From Capsulimonadaceae bacterium (GTDB taxonomy: Bacteria > Armatimonadota > Armatimonadia > Armatimonadales > Capsulimonadaceae), in contig OZ244065.1 of assembly GCA_965215505.1 (NCBI GenBank), forward strand, positions 416,001-480,000: 64,000 nt of DNA, in the 5' to 3' direction. Of the stretch, positions 1 through 9,895 are shown piece after piece; positions within the stretch are counted from its first letter, which is position 1; every line of letters begins with the position of its first letter. The notes beneath the pieces were generated by a model. It made no database searches, was not told where the DNA came from, and saw only the letters and a list, made by a program, of their open reading frames with translations. Made by a program: the position numbers and the translations under genes.

Positions 1-211
1 GGCCCGAACCGGAAGCCGAGTCCATCGCGGCCCCCGTGCCGCTGGTGTCCGTGCGCTTGGAGACGACATGGGCCGAGACTGCCTGCACCGGTTGCTTGTT
101 GTTCCAAGCCCACGTCCCGATGCCCTTGACGATGGCAAAGATGATTCCGCCGATGACCAGCACGAAGATGATCCCGATGAAGATGGGAACGGCGGTGAAT
201 GGGTCCGGCAT
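1..211 (-). CDS. DUF2500-family membrane protein (partial, runs off the window start)
   Basis: Manual translation MPDPFTAVPIFIGIIFVLVIGGIIFAIVKGIGTWAWNNKQPVQAVSAHVVSKRT: TM helix then a W..NN.QP...A.VV.KR pattern typical of DUF2500; not in the ORF track because it is truncated. Confidence 0.65.
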   Translation of the reverse strand, partial: MPDPFTAVPIFIGIIFVLVIGGIIFAIVKGIGTWAWNNKQPVQAVSAHVVSKRTDTSGTGAAMDSASGSG

Positions 212-215
212 CACG

Positions 216-776
216 TCACTCCAAGTCGAATAGCTCTTCCGCCCGGCACGAAAAGCCGGGCAGCAAGTCGCCCGCATCCAGCGTCTCTTCCGGCCCGAAG
301 TCCGCCGTGTTGAAGGGCGAGGTGTAGACGGTGACGCGCCTGGTGTCCGGGAACAGGTGCCAGACCTGCTCCGCGCCCGCGCCGAAATACTCCGCCACCT
401 TCCGCGCCATCTCGTCCGGCTGCTCGGAGGGTGAGATGATCTCAATGGCAAGGTCGGGGGCCATGCTTTCAAAGCTTTCGGCGGGCAGTCCGTCCGGCAG
501 TCGCTCCTTCCGGGTGAAGGACACGTCCGGCGAACGGACATTGCCCGAAGCCATGCGGAAGCCAGCCTGTGACCCGGCGACAAATCCGCGTCCCCGCGCG
601 AACGGTTTCAGCATCGCCCCGATGTTAATCACCATCACGTCATGTCTGTGTCCTGCCGGCACTTCCTTGGCCTTCCCGTCCACGAGTTCCCACTTGCGCC
701 CGTCGTCCGGCAGGCGCAGGAACTCTTCCTCCGTCATCCTCCTGCGGACCGCAGGGGTTGCTTGCGCGATGATCAT
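216..776 (-). CDS. Uma2 (DUF820) family PD-(D/E)xK putative endonuclease
   Basis: MTEEEFLRLPDDGRKWELVDG...RSPDVSF...APDLAIEIISPS...YFGAGAEQVW...LLPGF. Confidence 0.9.
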   Translation of the reverse strand: MIIAQATPAVRRRMTEEEFLRLPDDGRKWELVDGKAKEVPAGHRHDVMVINIGAMLKPFARGRGFVAGSQAGFRMASGNVRSPDVSFTRKERLPDGLPAESFESMAPDLAIEIISPSEQPDEMARKVAEYFGAGAEQVWHLFPDTRRVTVYTSPFNTADFGPEETLDAGDLLPGFSCRAEELFDLE

Positions 777-811
777 GTGCGCCCCTTAAATCCGAGTCAT
801 GAGCCAGCCTC

Positions 812-2023
812 TTATACCAATCTAACAGTCACGGTGCCTGGATCAACCCCCATTGTTTGTAGAAGAATTACGAAGTTCCGTATCTTTTCCGCTGTGTCGC
901 TGTGTGTGTCAACGTATGCTTGCTTATTGGTGAGATTGATCGGCTTTGGACTCCTCATCTGCTCCCCGTTGGGGTGGATAGGGAGGTGGTTTATAAGATA
1001 CCGCTCTCCGTTTTCAGTCGCCGGAAATGGTATCTGACCGAAACCGTGTTCAGCGTGTAACCACTCCACAAGCCGAACCGCTACTTCTGCCCACCGTTTA
1101 ACTGGATGCTCCATCTCGTTCCCGAAACCGACAGAAACCGGCCTCCGATTGACGGATAAGGAAGCATTTTTGTAGAGTTGTGCAATGGTGTATTGTTTGA
1201 TCTCTCCCTTTTGCATCAGGGAAGGTAACGCCACCGATCCTGCATCGGTGGGTTGAGACTGAGCGCTCGTATTCGCCACGGCGTTCTCCACAGGTTTATT
1301 GTTTGGCTCCTGTTTCGTGTTGAGTGGGACGAGTGGTACTGCACCTGGTGTGGAAGCCTTGACTGAGATGTTGTGCAACTTGCCGATGACAGAGCCTATC
1401 ATTGTATCGCTGACACTTGATCCTATGTTCTCGTTGCACAAATGCTGGAACAACTTGCGTGCCTCGGAGCTTGGTGTTTTTAGCTGCTCATCAACGAGCC
1501 GAGTCACTTGCTGGAACAGCCACGCCTCCCGAAGCTCGTTTTTCAGGATCGAAGATTTTGAGAGCAGCGACAATGTTTGTAGAGCTTGTTCATCGTTGAA
1601 CAAATCTTCGATCTGTAGCACACGTTTTTCCGGTAGCGGCTTTGGCAAATGAGCGTTATAGATGTACCATTTGCGACCATTCGTTAGAATAGCCCATTCG
1701 GCTCCTTGGTTGTTGGCGTAGTTGACTGCTTGAGCGGCCTCGCCGTCCTGTAGTTGCAAATCAAGGCGTTTTGCTTCCAGAAACCATTTTTGCGGCTTGT
1801 TTCCTAGAATAGTGTAGTCAGGAAAGTTGTTGGCTACACCATCATGGCTGCGTTTGAGGGTTTCAAGCGGACTGTAGCCGAGGCGTTTGAGCAGAGGGTC
1901 GATGATGATGAACTCTGTTTGTGCTTCATTAAGTATTTGCCCTGCTTCCTTCGCTTCATCCAGCGTTGCCTTAATGGATGCAACTTCCTCCGCCAGTGAC
2001 TGTAACAGCACAAAATCTTCCAA
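812..2023 (-). CDS. HsdR N-terminal (PD-(D/E)xK) nuclease-domain protein with a C-terminal SeqA-like domain
   Basis: NEAQTE..IIDPLLKRLGY, PDY, EAKR, QAVNYA, AILTNGRKWYIY motifs; visibly AT-richer than the flanks; no helicase motifs. Confidence 0.75.
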   Translation of the reverse strand: MEDFVLLQSLAEEVASIKATLDEAKEAGQILNEAQTEFIIIDPLLKRLGYSPLETLKRSHDGVANNFPDYTILGNKPQKWFLEAKRLDLQLQDGEAAQAVNYANNQGAEWAILTNGRKWYIYNAHLPKPLPEKRVLQIEDLFNDEQALQTLSLLSKSSILKNELREAWLFQQVTRLVDEQLKTPSSEARKLFQHLCNENIGSSVSDTMIGSVIGKLHNISVKASTPGAVPLVPLNTKQEPNNKPVENAVANTSAQSQPTDAGSVALPSLMQKGEIKQYTIAQLYKNASLSVNRRPVSVGFGNEMEHPVKRWAEVAVRLVEWLHAEHGFGQIPFPATENGERYLINHLPIHPNGEQMRSPKPINLTNKQAYVDTHSDTAEKIRNFVILLQTMGVDPGTVTVRLV

Positions 2024-2162
2024 TAAATACTCCTAAAGGTAATTGCCATGCTGTGTTCTACATGGCCTATTCGAAATCCTTTAAGCGAACAGGACCAAGG
2101 CAGGAATAGGGGTATCATAAAGCGAACGAACGGTTACCACAGGTTTTTGGCAGGAGTCCACA

Positions 2163-3320
2163 ATGAAAATCCACGAATATCAGGCGAAGCAGCTATTGAA
2201 GCAGTACGGCGTTCCCGTCCCCCAGGGGCAGGTGGCCTCCAACCCCGATGAGGTGCGCGAGGTCGCCAAGACATTAGGCAGGAAGGTCGTCATCAAGGGG
2301 CAGGTGCATTCGGGCGGGCGCGGCAAGGCGGGGGCGGTGAAGATCGCCAAGGACGCCAACGAGGCCGAGGCCATCGGGAAGGACCTGATCGGCAAGACGC
2401 TGTTCTTCGCGCAGGCAAACTCGGACCTCAAGATCAACCGGCTGCTGGTGGAAGAAGCCGTAGACATTGACAAGGAGATCTATGTCGCCGTCACGCAGGA
2501 CCGGGTGCGGCAGCGGGACGTGCTGATCGTCTCCACGCAGGGCGGCATGGACATCGAGGAGGTCGCCCACAACAACCCCGCCGACATCGCAAGGCTCTAC
2601 ATCGACCCGCTGCTCGGCCTGCCGGACTACGCCTGCCGTCAGGTGCTGTTCGACGCCAAGTTCGACAAGGCGCTCATCGGCAAGACCATCCCCGTCTTGA
2701 AGGCGCTGTACGCCGCCTATGTCGGCACGGACGCGACGTTGGCGGAGATCAACCCGCTGGTCATCACCAAGGACGGGTCGGTCATCGCCGGCGACGCCAA
2801 GTGGGACATTGACGAGAACGCGCTGTTCCGGCACCCCGAGTTCACGGCCTTCAAGGACGAGTCCGAGACGGACCCCATCGAGAAGGAGGCGCACCGGCGC
2901 GGCATCCAGTATGTGCGGCTCGAAGGCGGCGACATCGGCATCATCGGCAACGGGGCGGGGCTGGTGATGACCACGATGGACGAGGTCAAGCGCGCGGGCG
3001 GCTCGCCCGCCGACTTCCTGGACATCGGCGGCGGCGCGAAGGCGGAGGCGGTCGCGAGCAGCCTGGAGATCGTCCTGTCCGACCCGAACGTCAAGGGCGT
3101 CCTGTTCAACATCTTCGGCGGCATCACGCGCGGCGACGAGGTGGCGAAGGGCATCATCGAGGGCACGAAGAACCTGGACATCAAGGTCCCCATCGTCATC
3201 CGCCTGGCCGGGACTCGGGCCGCTGAAGGCGCGGAACTGCTGAAGGCGACGAACCTCATCCCCGCCGACACCATGCAGGCTGCGGCGGAGAAGATCGTGG
3301 AACTGGCCTACGCCAAGTGA
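2163..3320 (+). CDS. sucC: Succinyl-CoA synthetase beta subunit
   Basis: MKIHEYQAK, GGRGKAG, EINPL, GNGAGLVMTTMD, FLDIGGGA, NIFGGITRGDEVA. Confidence 0.97.
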   Translation: MKIHEYQAKQLLKQYGVPVPQGQVASNPDEVREVAKTLGRKVVIKGQVHSGGRGKAGAVKIAKDANEAEAIGKDLIGKTLFFAQANSDLKINRLLVEEAVDIDKEIYVAVTQDRVRQRDVLIVSTQGGMDIEEVAHNNPADIARLYIDPLLGLPDYACRQVLFDAKFDKALIGKTIPVLKALYAAYVGTDATLAEINPLVITKDGSVIAGDAKWDIDENALFRHPEFTAFKDESETDPIEKEAHRRGIQYVRLEGGDIGIIGNGAGLVMTTMDEVKRAGGSPADFLDIGGGAKAEAVASSLEIVLSDPNVKGVLFNIFGGITRGDEVAKGIIEGTKNLDIKVPIVIRLAGTRAAEGAELLKATNLIPADTMQAAAEKIVELAYAK

Positions 3321-3329
3321 GGTGACGGA

Positions 3330-3926
3330 ATGGCAGTTGCCGAACGCCCGCGCCCTTCGGCGTCCGCCCCGGTGGAGGCACCCGCCCCATACACGCCGGC
3401 GGATTTTGATCGGGTCGCTGCGCTCTATCCAGATTTACGGGTCGAGCTGACTCAAGAAGGAGAACTCATTCTCATGCCGCCGACGTTTACCCGGACGGGC
3501 ATGAAGAACTTCAGGCTGACGGTTCGGTTTGGAGCGTGGAGCGAAGCCAATGACCTCGGCATCGGCGCGGACTCGTCCACCATCTTCACGCTGCCGAACG
3601 GCGCGAAGCGCTCTCCCGATCTTGGTTGGGTCAGAAGATCGCGCTGGGAGGCTCTCACGGAGGATGAACAAAAGGACTTCGCGCTGATCTGCCCGGATTT
3701 CGTTGCCGAACTTCGATCCGATACTGATCGTCTGAGCGCCGTCCAGAAGAAGATGCGCGAGTATAGGGACAACGGCGCGCAGCTCGGCTGGCTGATCGAC
3801 CCCATCAGCCGCCGCGTAGAGGTCTACCGGCCCGGTCAGGACGTGGAAATACTGGACGACCCGGCCTCTATTTCCGGCGACCCTGTCCTGCCCGGCTTCA
3901 CGCTGGACCTGAAAGACATCCTATGA
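3330..3926 (+). CDS. Uma2 (DUF820) family protein
   Basis: FTLPNGAKRSPDLGWV, ICPDFVAELRS, NGAQLGWLIDP, GDPVLPGFTLDL. Confidence 0.92.
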   Translation: MAVAERPRPSASAPVEAPAPYTPADFDRVAALYPDLRVELTQEGELILMPPTFTRTGMKNFRLTVRFGAWSEANDLGIGADSSTIFTLPNGAKRSPDLGWVRRSRWEALTEDEQKDFALICPDFVAELRSDTDRLSAVQKKMREYRDNGAQLGWLIDPISRRVEVYRPGQDVEILDDPASISGDPVLPGFTLDLKDIL

Positions 3927-4486
3927 ACACGCTCGCCCAGCCCCGCCAAGAGTGGCTGATGGAAACGCTCTCCCGGCTGCCGGAGCAGGGAAAAGCCGAA
4001 ATCCTAGATGGAGTGATCGTCCTCATGCCGCCAGTCGGCTTCCTCCCCGGCCGCGCCTCCTCCCAGATCTTCCGCAGCCTCCGGAGCTATGAAGAGGCCG
4101 CCGGCGGGGGGTACGCGATCCCGGACAACGTCGGGATGCTGGTTGATCTGCCGAACCGCCATTCTTTCAGTCCGGACGCTTCCTGGCACCTGGGGCCTGC
4201 GACCGGAGCCAAGTTCCTCTCCGGCGCACCCGCCTTCGCCGCCGAGGTCCGCAGCGAGGAGGATTACGGGCTGCGGGCCGAGCAGAACAGGGCGGAGAAG
4301 CGCGCGGACTACTTCGCCGCCGGGACACAAGTCGTCTGGGACGTAGACGTACTGCGAAATCAGACGATCTCCGTCTACCGCGCCGCGACGCCCGACATCC
4401 CGACCGTTTTCGGCAAAGAGGCTGTCGTTGACGCGGAGCCTGCCGTGCTGGGCTGGACGTTCGCCGTGGAAGACTTGTTCAACTGA
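3923..4486 (+). CDS. Uma2 (DUF820) family protein
   Basis: AEILDGVIVLMPP, SFSPDA, APAFAAEVRSEEDYG, KRADYFAAGTQVVWDVD. Confidence 0.88.
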   Translation: MNTLAQPRQEWLMETLSRLPEQGKAEILDGVIVLMPPVGFLPGRASSQIFRSLRSYEEAAGGGYAIPDNVGMLVDLPNRHSFSPDASWHLGPATGAKFLSGAPAFAAEVRSEEDYGLRAEQNRAEKRADYFAAGTQVVWDVDVLRNQTISVYRAATPDIPTVFGKEAVVDAEPAVLGWTFAVEDLFN

Positions 4487-4875
4487 TGATGCCGTCGCTA
4501 AAATCGGAGCGTTCCGAGACGCCGGACGCCATCGCGCCGGACGGGGCCGAGATCCGTGTCCTGCTGGACCGCCCGCAGGGCGCGACGCGGCTGAGTCTGG
4601 CGGAAGCCCTCGTCAAGCCGGGCGAGCGGACGGCCTGCGTCTCGCACAAGACCATCGAAGAGGTGTGGTACATCGTGCGCGGGGCGGGCCGCTTTCACCG
4701 CCTGACGCCGGACGGCGGCGAGGAGGAAACGAGCGATGTGTCGCCCGGCGATGCCCTGCTCATCCCGACCGGCTACCGGTTCTGGGTGGAGAACACGGGG
4801 CCGGACGACCTCGTTTTCCTCTGCTCAGGCACCCCGCCATGGCCGGGGGCTGACGAGGCGATTGTGTGGGAGTGA
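4486..4875 (+). CDS. Cupin-domain protein
   Basis: APDGAEIR, H.TIEEVWYIVRGAG, PGDALLIPTGYRF.VENTG, PPWPG. Confidence 0.88.
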   Translation: MMPSLKSERSETPDAIAPDGAEIRVLLDRPQGATRLSLAEALVKPGERTACVSHKTIEEVWYIVRGAGRFHRLTPDGGEEETSDVSPGDALLIPTGYRFWVENTGPDDLVFLCSGTPPWPGADEAIVWE

Positions 4876-4877
4876 AC

Positions 4878-5405
4878 ATGGATGAAGCGAGCATGCGGCT
4901 CTGGCGTGCGGTGAAGAAGGGCAGCGTGGCGGAGGTTGAGGCTGCTCTGGAACAAGGCGCGGATGCAAACTGTCGCGACAAAACACAAAGAACGCCTCTG
5001 ATGGAGGCCGCCAAACGTGGACGCCTACCGATCCTCGAACTACTTCTCACAAAGGGGGCAAACATCAACGCCAAAGATCACTCTGGCCTAACGCCATTGA
5101 TGTACGCCATAGCCCCGCATCAGGTCGCGACTGTTCGGCTCCTGGCCGCAATCGGGGCTGATGCCACGCGCTCAGATAAGGACGGCGAGAAGTGCTTCCG
5201 CAAAATCCGGCAGCAGCAAGCCGTGACGGTCTTCAGCACTCTGTTCAGCATCGCCCTGTTTATCTTTGGCCAACGTAGGGTTGCCAAGGACAGGGAGTTG
5301 CAGCAAGTTGAATGGATCGAAATGGCGTTCAAGGTGTATGGTGAGATAATTACATTCCAGAAGTACGAGCAGATGGCGAGGATATTGAAAGAGGCAGGCG
5401 GCTGA
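4878..5405 (+). CDS. Ankyrin-repeat protein
   Basis: TPLMEAA...GANINAKDHSGLTPLMYA ankyrin repeats followed by a hydrophobic segment. Confidence 0.85.
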   Translation: MDEASMRLWRAVKKGSVAEVEAALEQGADANCRDKTQRTPLMEAAKRGRLPILELLLTKGANINAKDHSGLTPLMYAIAPHQVATVRLLAAIGADATRSDKDGEKCFRKIRQQQAVTVFSTLFSIALFIFGQRRVAKDRELQQVEWIEMAFKVYGEIITFQKYEQMARILKEAGG

Positions 5406-6443
5406 ATGACCATTGACACCGAATACTTGACCGAGTTTCTTATCGGCCTGCTGAACACGTCCAGCCCGACCGGGGACGCGGAGCGCGGCATCGCCTACAC
5501 CGAAGCCGCCCTGCGCGGCCTGGGCCTGACGACGCGGCGGACGGTGAAGGGCGCGCTGATCACGACCCTGGAAGGCCGCTCGGATACCGAGCCGCGCGCG
5601 GTCACGGCTCATGTGGATACCTTAGGGGCGATGGTCAAGGAGATCAAGGGGAACGGGCGGCTGGCACTGACGCAGATCGGCGGCTACCCGTGGAACGCCA
5701 TCGAGGGCGAGGGCGTCACCATCGCCACGGAGGGGCAGGGGACGTACCGGGGGAGCGTGCAGCTCAACAAGGCGTCCTCGCATGTGCATGGCGGGGCGGT
5801 GAACGAGGCGAAGCGCGAGGCGTCGTCGCTGGAAGTGCGGATCGATGCGCGGACGGGGAATGCGGCGGAGACGAAGGCGCTGGGCATCGCGGTCGGTGAC
5901 TTCGTGTATCTGGACCCGCGCGTCGAAGCCGTCAATGGCTTCATCCGCAGCCGGCACCTGGACGATAAGGCCTGCGTCGCCTGCCTTCTGGCCGCCGTCA
6001 AAGCCTTGCAGGACGTCGGCGAGGTCCCGGCCCAGCGGACGACGATTCACATCAGCAACTATGAGGAGGTCGGGCACGGGGCGGCGGGCGGCTTCCCCGC
6101 CGACATCGTGGAGCTTTTGACCGTGGACATGGCGGCCATCGGCGACGGGCAGGCCTCCGACGAGTTCCACTGCACCCTCTGCGTCAAGGACAGCGGCGGG
6201 CCGTACCACATCGACTTCAACCGGAAGCTGCGGCGGCTGGCATCGGAGAAGGGAATCACGCTGCGGACGGACATTTACCCCTATTACGGCTCCGACGGTG
6301 AGGCACTGTGGCGAGCGGGCGCGGACGTCCGCGTGGCCCTGATCGGGCCGGGCGTGGACGCCTCGCACTCGTATGAAAGGACGCATGAAGATGCCCTGGG
6401 TGATACCGCCCGGCTTATCGGGTACTATCTACTGTCCGAGTGA
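5406..6443 (+). CDS. M42 family metallo-aminopeptidase
   Basis: TAHVDTLG, SRHLDDKA, YEEVGHG, VDM, GVDASHSYERTH metal-ligand motifs. Confidence 0.92.
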   Translation: MTIDTEYLTEFLIGLLNTSSPTGDAERGIAYTEAALRGLGLTTRRTVKGALITTLEGRSDTEPRAVTAHVDTLGAMVKEIKGNGRLALTQIGGYPWNAIEGEGVTIATEGQGTYRGSVQLNKASSHVHGGAVNEAKREASSLEVRIDARTGNAAETKALGIAVGDFVYLDPRVEAVNGFIRSRHLDDKACVACLLAAVKALQDVGEVPAQRTTIHISNYEEVGHGAAGGFPADIVELLTVDMAAIGDGQASDEFHCTLCVKDSGGPYHIDFNRKLRRLASEKGITLRTDIYPYYGSDGEALWRAGADVRVALIGPGVDASHSYERTHEDALGDTARLIGYYLLSE

Positions 6444-6472
6444 CACATTTTCAAGCAAGACCTAAGGAGAAC

Positions 6473-6679
6473 ATGATGGCAGACACATTCGAGTACAAGA
6501 TCATCGTCAGCGACTCGGACGATGAAACCGACGAGGAAACCCTGAACCAGCACGGCGGGCAGGGCTGGGAGCTGGTCAACGCCGTCGCCGACGTCCGCGC
6601 CAATGACGAAGCTGACGAGGGCGAGGAGGACGAGAACGTCCCCGTCACCGTCTTCTACTTCAAGCGGCGCAAAGGCTAA
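6473..6679 (+). CDS. DUF4177-family small protein
   Basis: FEYKII...LNQHGGQGWELV...FYFKR; AAGGAG RBS. Confidence 0.8.
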   Translation: MMADTFEYKIIVSDSDDETDEETLNQHGGQGWELVNAVADVRANDEADEGEEDENVPVTVFYFKRRKG

Positions 6680-6682
6680 ACG

Positions 6683-7552
6683 ATGAGCATCCTAGTTGAC
6701 AAGAACACCACGGTCATCGTCCAGGGCATCACGGGGCGCGAGGGCGAGTTCCACACCACCCAGATGATTGAGTACGGCACGAAGGTCGTCGGCGGCGTCA
6801 CGCCCGGCAAGGGCGGCATGACCGTCCAGGGCGTCCCCGTCTTCGACACCGTGCGCGAGGCCAAAGAAGCGACGGGCGCGGACGCGACCTGCATCTTCGT
6901 CCCCGCACGGGGGGCCGCCGACGGCATCATGGAGGCCGTGGACGCGGGCATTGACTTCATCGTCTGCATCACCGAGGGCATCCCGATTGAAGACGAGATC
7001 AAGGCCGTGAACGTCGTGAAGTACTCCAAGTCCCGCCTGCTCGGCCCGAACTGCCCTGGCATCCTGACCGTCGGCGGCGCGAAGATCGGCATCATCCCCG
7101 CCTCCATGTTCATCCCCGGCCCGGTCGGCATCGTCTCGCGCTCCGGGACGCTGACCTACGAGTCGGTGGACGCCCTGACCCGCGCGGGCCTGGGCCAGAC
7201 GACCTGCGTCGGCGTCGGCGGCGACCCCATGCCCGGCACCCGCTTCATTGACGTCCTGCCGCTGTTCGAGGCCGACCCCGAGACGAAGGCCGTGGTCATG
7301 TGCGGCGAGGTGGGCGGGTCCGACGAGGAGATTGCCGCCGAGTACATCAAGACCATGACAAAACCCGTCATCGGCTTCATCGCCGGCCTGACCGCCCCGC
7401 CCGGCAAGCGCATGGGCCACGCCGGCGCGATCATCTCCGGCACGTCCGGCGGCCCGCAGGCGAAGGTAGACGCCCTTAAAGCCGCCGGTGTCCTCGTCGC
7501 CGAGACGACGGCGGACATTCCGGGGCTGGTCCGGCAGGCATTAGGCGGGTAG
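6683..7552 (+). CDS. sucD: Succinyl-CoA synthetase alpha subunit
   Basis: [36 protein letters not shown] (phospho-His). Confidence 0.97.
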   Translation: MSILVDKNTTVIVQGITGREGEFHTTQMIEYGTKVVGGVTPGKGGMTVQGVPVFDTVREAKEATGADATCIFVPARGAADGIMEAVDAGIDFIVCITEGIPIEDEIKAVNVVKYSKSRLLGPNCPGILTVGGAKIGIIPASMFIPGPVGIVSRSGTLTYESVDALTRAGLGQTTCVGVGGDPMPGTRFIDVLPLFEADPETKAVVMCGEVGGSDEEIAAEYIKTMTKPVIGFIAGLTAPPGKRMGHAGAIISGTSGGPQAKVDALKAAGVLVAETTADIPGLVRQALGG

Positions 7553-7710
7553 ATCGGTACAAGGCGAGGCTGGAGGCCATGTCCCTTTCTGAGATCGTTC
7601 GGAGCAAGGAAGCAGAACTGCGCCAGATCAAGGACCATGAAGTCGCCGTTGTCTTTGATGCTTTTGGCGACACCATGGTCGAAGAACATGGGGGCAGGTC
7701 ATCCGTTGAT

Positions 7711-8908
7711 CTAGTAGCCTAACCTGGTAGAATGGATGAGTCTGAGGAGGCTTATCCGATGTCCGCGAAGAAATATCATGTGTCTCTGGCCGAGGCCGAG
7801 CGCGCCGAGCTTCTGCGCCTGAGCAAGTCCCAGCGCCACTCCGAGCGCGAGCGCAAACGCGCCCGCATCCTGTTGCTGGCCGACGAAGCCAAAGAAGGCG
7901 GCGCGGACAAAGATGCCGCCATCGCCCAGCAGGTCAAGGTCGCCCCGCTCACCGTCACCCGCGTCCGTCAACGCTTCTCCGAGCGCGGCCTGCACAAAGG
8001 TCTGGCCCATAAAGAACAAGAAACGCGCAAAGCCCGCGTCCTCGACGGAGAAGCCGAAGCCTTTCTGGTCGCCACCACATGCAGTACGCCGCCCGAGGGC
8101 CACAAGCGCTGGAGCCTGCGCCTGCTGAGGGACGCGCTCATCGAGCAGCAGATCGTGGACGCCATCGGCAAAGAGACCGTGCGCCAGGCGCTAAAAAAAA
8201 TGAACTCAAGCCGTGGCTAAAGAAATGCTGGTGCATCCCGCCCGAGCAGAATGCCGAGTTCGTCTTCCGCATGGAAGATGTGCTCTCGGTCTACCAGAGG
8301 CCGCAGGACGAGAAGCGTCCCCTGGTCTGTCTGGACGAGGCCAGCAAGCAGCTCTTGTCTGACGCGCGGCCTGCGCTCCCGATGACGGCGGGGCAGCCCG
8401 CCCGCCAGGACAGCGAATATGTGCGGAACGGGACGGCCAGTTTGTTCATGGTCTCTGAGCCGCTGGCGGGCAAGCGGCACGTCCATGTGACCGCCCAGCG
8501 CACCTGCCAGGACTTCGCCCGCGTCATCCTGCATCTGGTGGATGTGCTGCATCCTGACGCGGAGAAGATCGTTCTGGTCATGGACAACCTGAACACGCAT
8601 ACGCCCGCCAGCTTATACCGCGCCTTTCTGCCTGCGGAGGCCAAGCGGCTGGCCGACAGACTTGAGGTGCATTACACGCCCAAGCACGGCTCGTGGCTGA
8701 ACATGGCCGAGATCGAGTTGTCCGTCTTGGCGCGGCAGTGTTTGTCTGAGCGCTTGGGCGACCAAGAGAACCTGCAAAGGCAAGTGGCGGCTTGGCAAGG
8801 TAGGCGCAACGCGAGTGCCGCCAAGATTGACTGGCGGTTCACGACGGAAGACGCCCGCATCAAACTGAAGCGGCTCTACCCCACTATCCTACCAGGTTAG
8901 ACTACTAG
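7711..8908 (+). mobile_element. IS630-family insertion sequence
   Basis: Terminal IRs ctagtagcctaacctggtagaat vs reverse complement of the right end ctagtagtctaacctggtaggat (2 mismatches in 23); TA duplicated at 7712-13 and 8906-07 within CTAG. Confidence 0.95.
7759..8900 (+). CDS. IS630 transposase, OrfA (HTH) and OrfB (DDE) joined by a -1 frameshift at A8 (8193-8200)
   Basis: OrfA ends ...VRQALKK; the -1 frame continues KKNELKPW...CLDE...VMDNLNTH...TPKHGSWLNMAEIE. Confidence 0.92.
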
Positions 8909-9075
8909 TGCATCGAGAAGGTGGATTTAGATCGCTCCGGACATCGCCAGTTTACTTCCTCATCATGTTGGGCTACGTTCCGCTCTGCCTATATGACAAA
9001 AACATCAACGTAGGCGTAACGGATATATAGATCATCCCGGTTATTGATTATTCGGAAAATGAACAGTCTGCGATA

Positions 9076-9744
9076 TTATCTCGATGCTAATAAAGCCGCC
9101 GCCATTGCAGAGTCTATCTGAAGTTTGTTCGCACGCCAAATTTTCCCATCAGCAAGACGGACGCTCTTCACATATACGGCTACAGTGTATCGGTTCACGT
9201 CAGGCTTTCCAAAAGCGCCACTAGCGTACTCCGCAGGCTGCAATGGATTGAGGTTGCCAAGGCCGTTCCCTGGTATTACTATCCCACTGAACAGCAAGTC
9301 ACCGGAACTAGTGACAGCTTCACCAACCGGGTTATATTCCACAGTGGCTACTTCAAGGGCAATAATCGGCTGCGCCCCGATATTAGACCAACTTAGCTGG
9401 CTACCAACCTTGTGGATATCATTGTAAAAGTAAAGAGCTTTGATGTGAAGATAAGGGCAAAAATTGACGACAACCGATTTACGACTTGGATAGTCGTTCG
9501 AAATCTTGTTCTGACTCCGGCTGAACAAACTTGAGGATGGCGGAATGCTATCCATAGCAATTCCTGATGTCACCGTAACAGCGGCTTTTACTCTTGTTGA
9601 TTCTGGGGCAGGATTAGCTTCTTGCGACAGAACAAGATTTGGAGAGGCTAAACATATGGCCAGCAACCCCATCAGAAACCTCATGCTGAGTGAGCTTTTA
9701 GTAACAATTTTCTTCACGCGAGTTCTCCTAATTGCTTGACGCAC
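9076..9744 (-). CDS. Hypothetical exported protein (AT-rich)
   Basis: 222-aa ORF with a signal-peptide-like stretch (MRFLMGLLAICLASPNLVLS); composition differs from the host. Confidence 0.6.
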   Translation of the reverse strand: MRQAIRRTRVKKIVTKSSLSMRFLMGLLAICLASPNLVLSQEANPAPESTRVKAAVTVTSGIAMDSIPPSSSLFSRSQNKISNDYPSRKSVVVNFCPYLHIKALYFYNDIHKVGSQLSWSNIGAQPIIALEVATVEYNPVGEAVTSSGDLLFSGIVIPGNGLGNLNPLQPAEYASGAFGKPDVNRYTVAVYVKSVRLADGKIWRANKLQIDSAMAAALLASR

Positions 9745-9895
9745 CCGATGGTCACTACTTCATATTCAGTCCATGCTTTGCTCTGATTGCGGCCAAGCGG
9801 AGTCGCCCCTGCTTGGCCCGTTCATTATAACAAGCTTATCAACAACACGCAAGAACGCCCTGAAAAAACCGCAATGCTTTCTCGTCCGATCTGGC

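Larger units (their letters stand above)
7579..9030 (+). pseudogene. Small hypothetical ORF (85 aa when reconstructed) split by the IS630
   Basis: GGAGG RBS and ATG at 7579; the frame stays open to the insertion site (7713) and resumes in frame at 8908 to TAG at 9028-9030. Confidence 0.5.
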
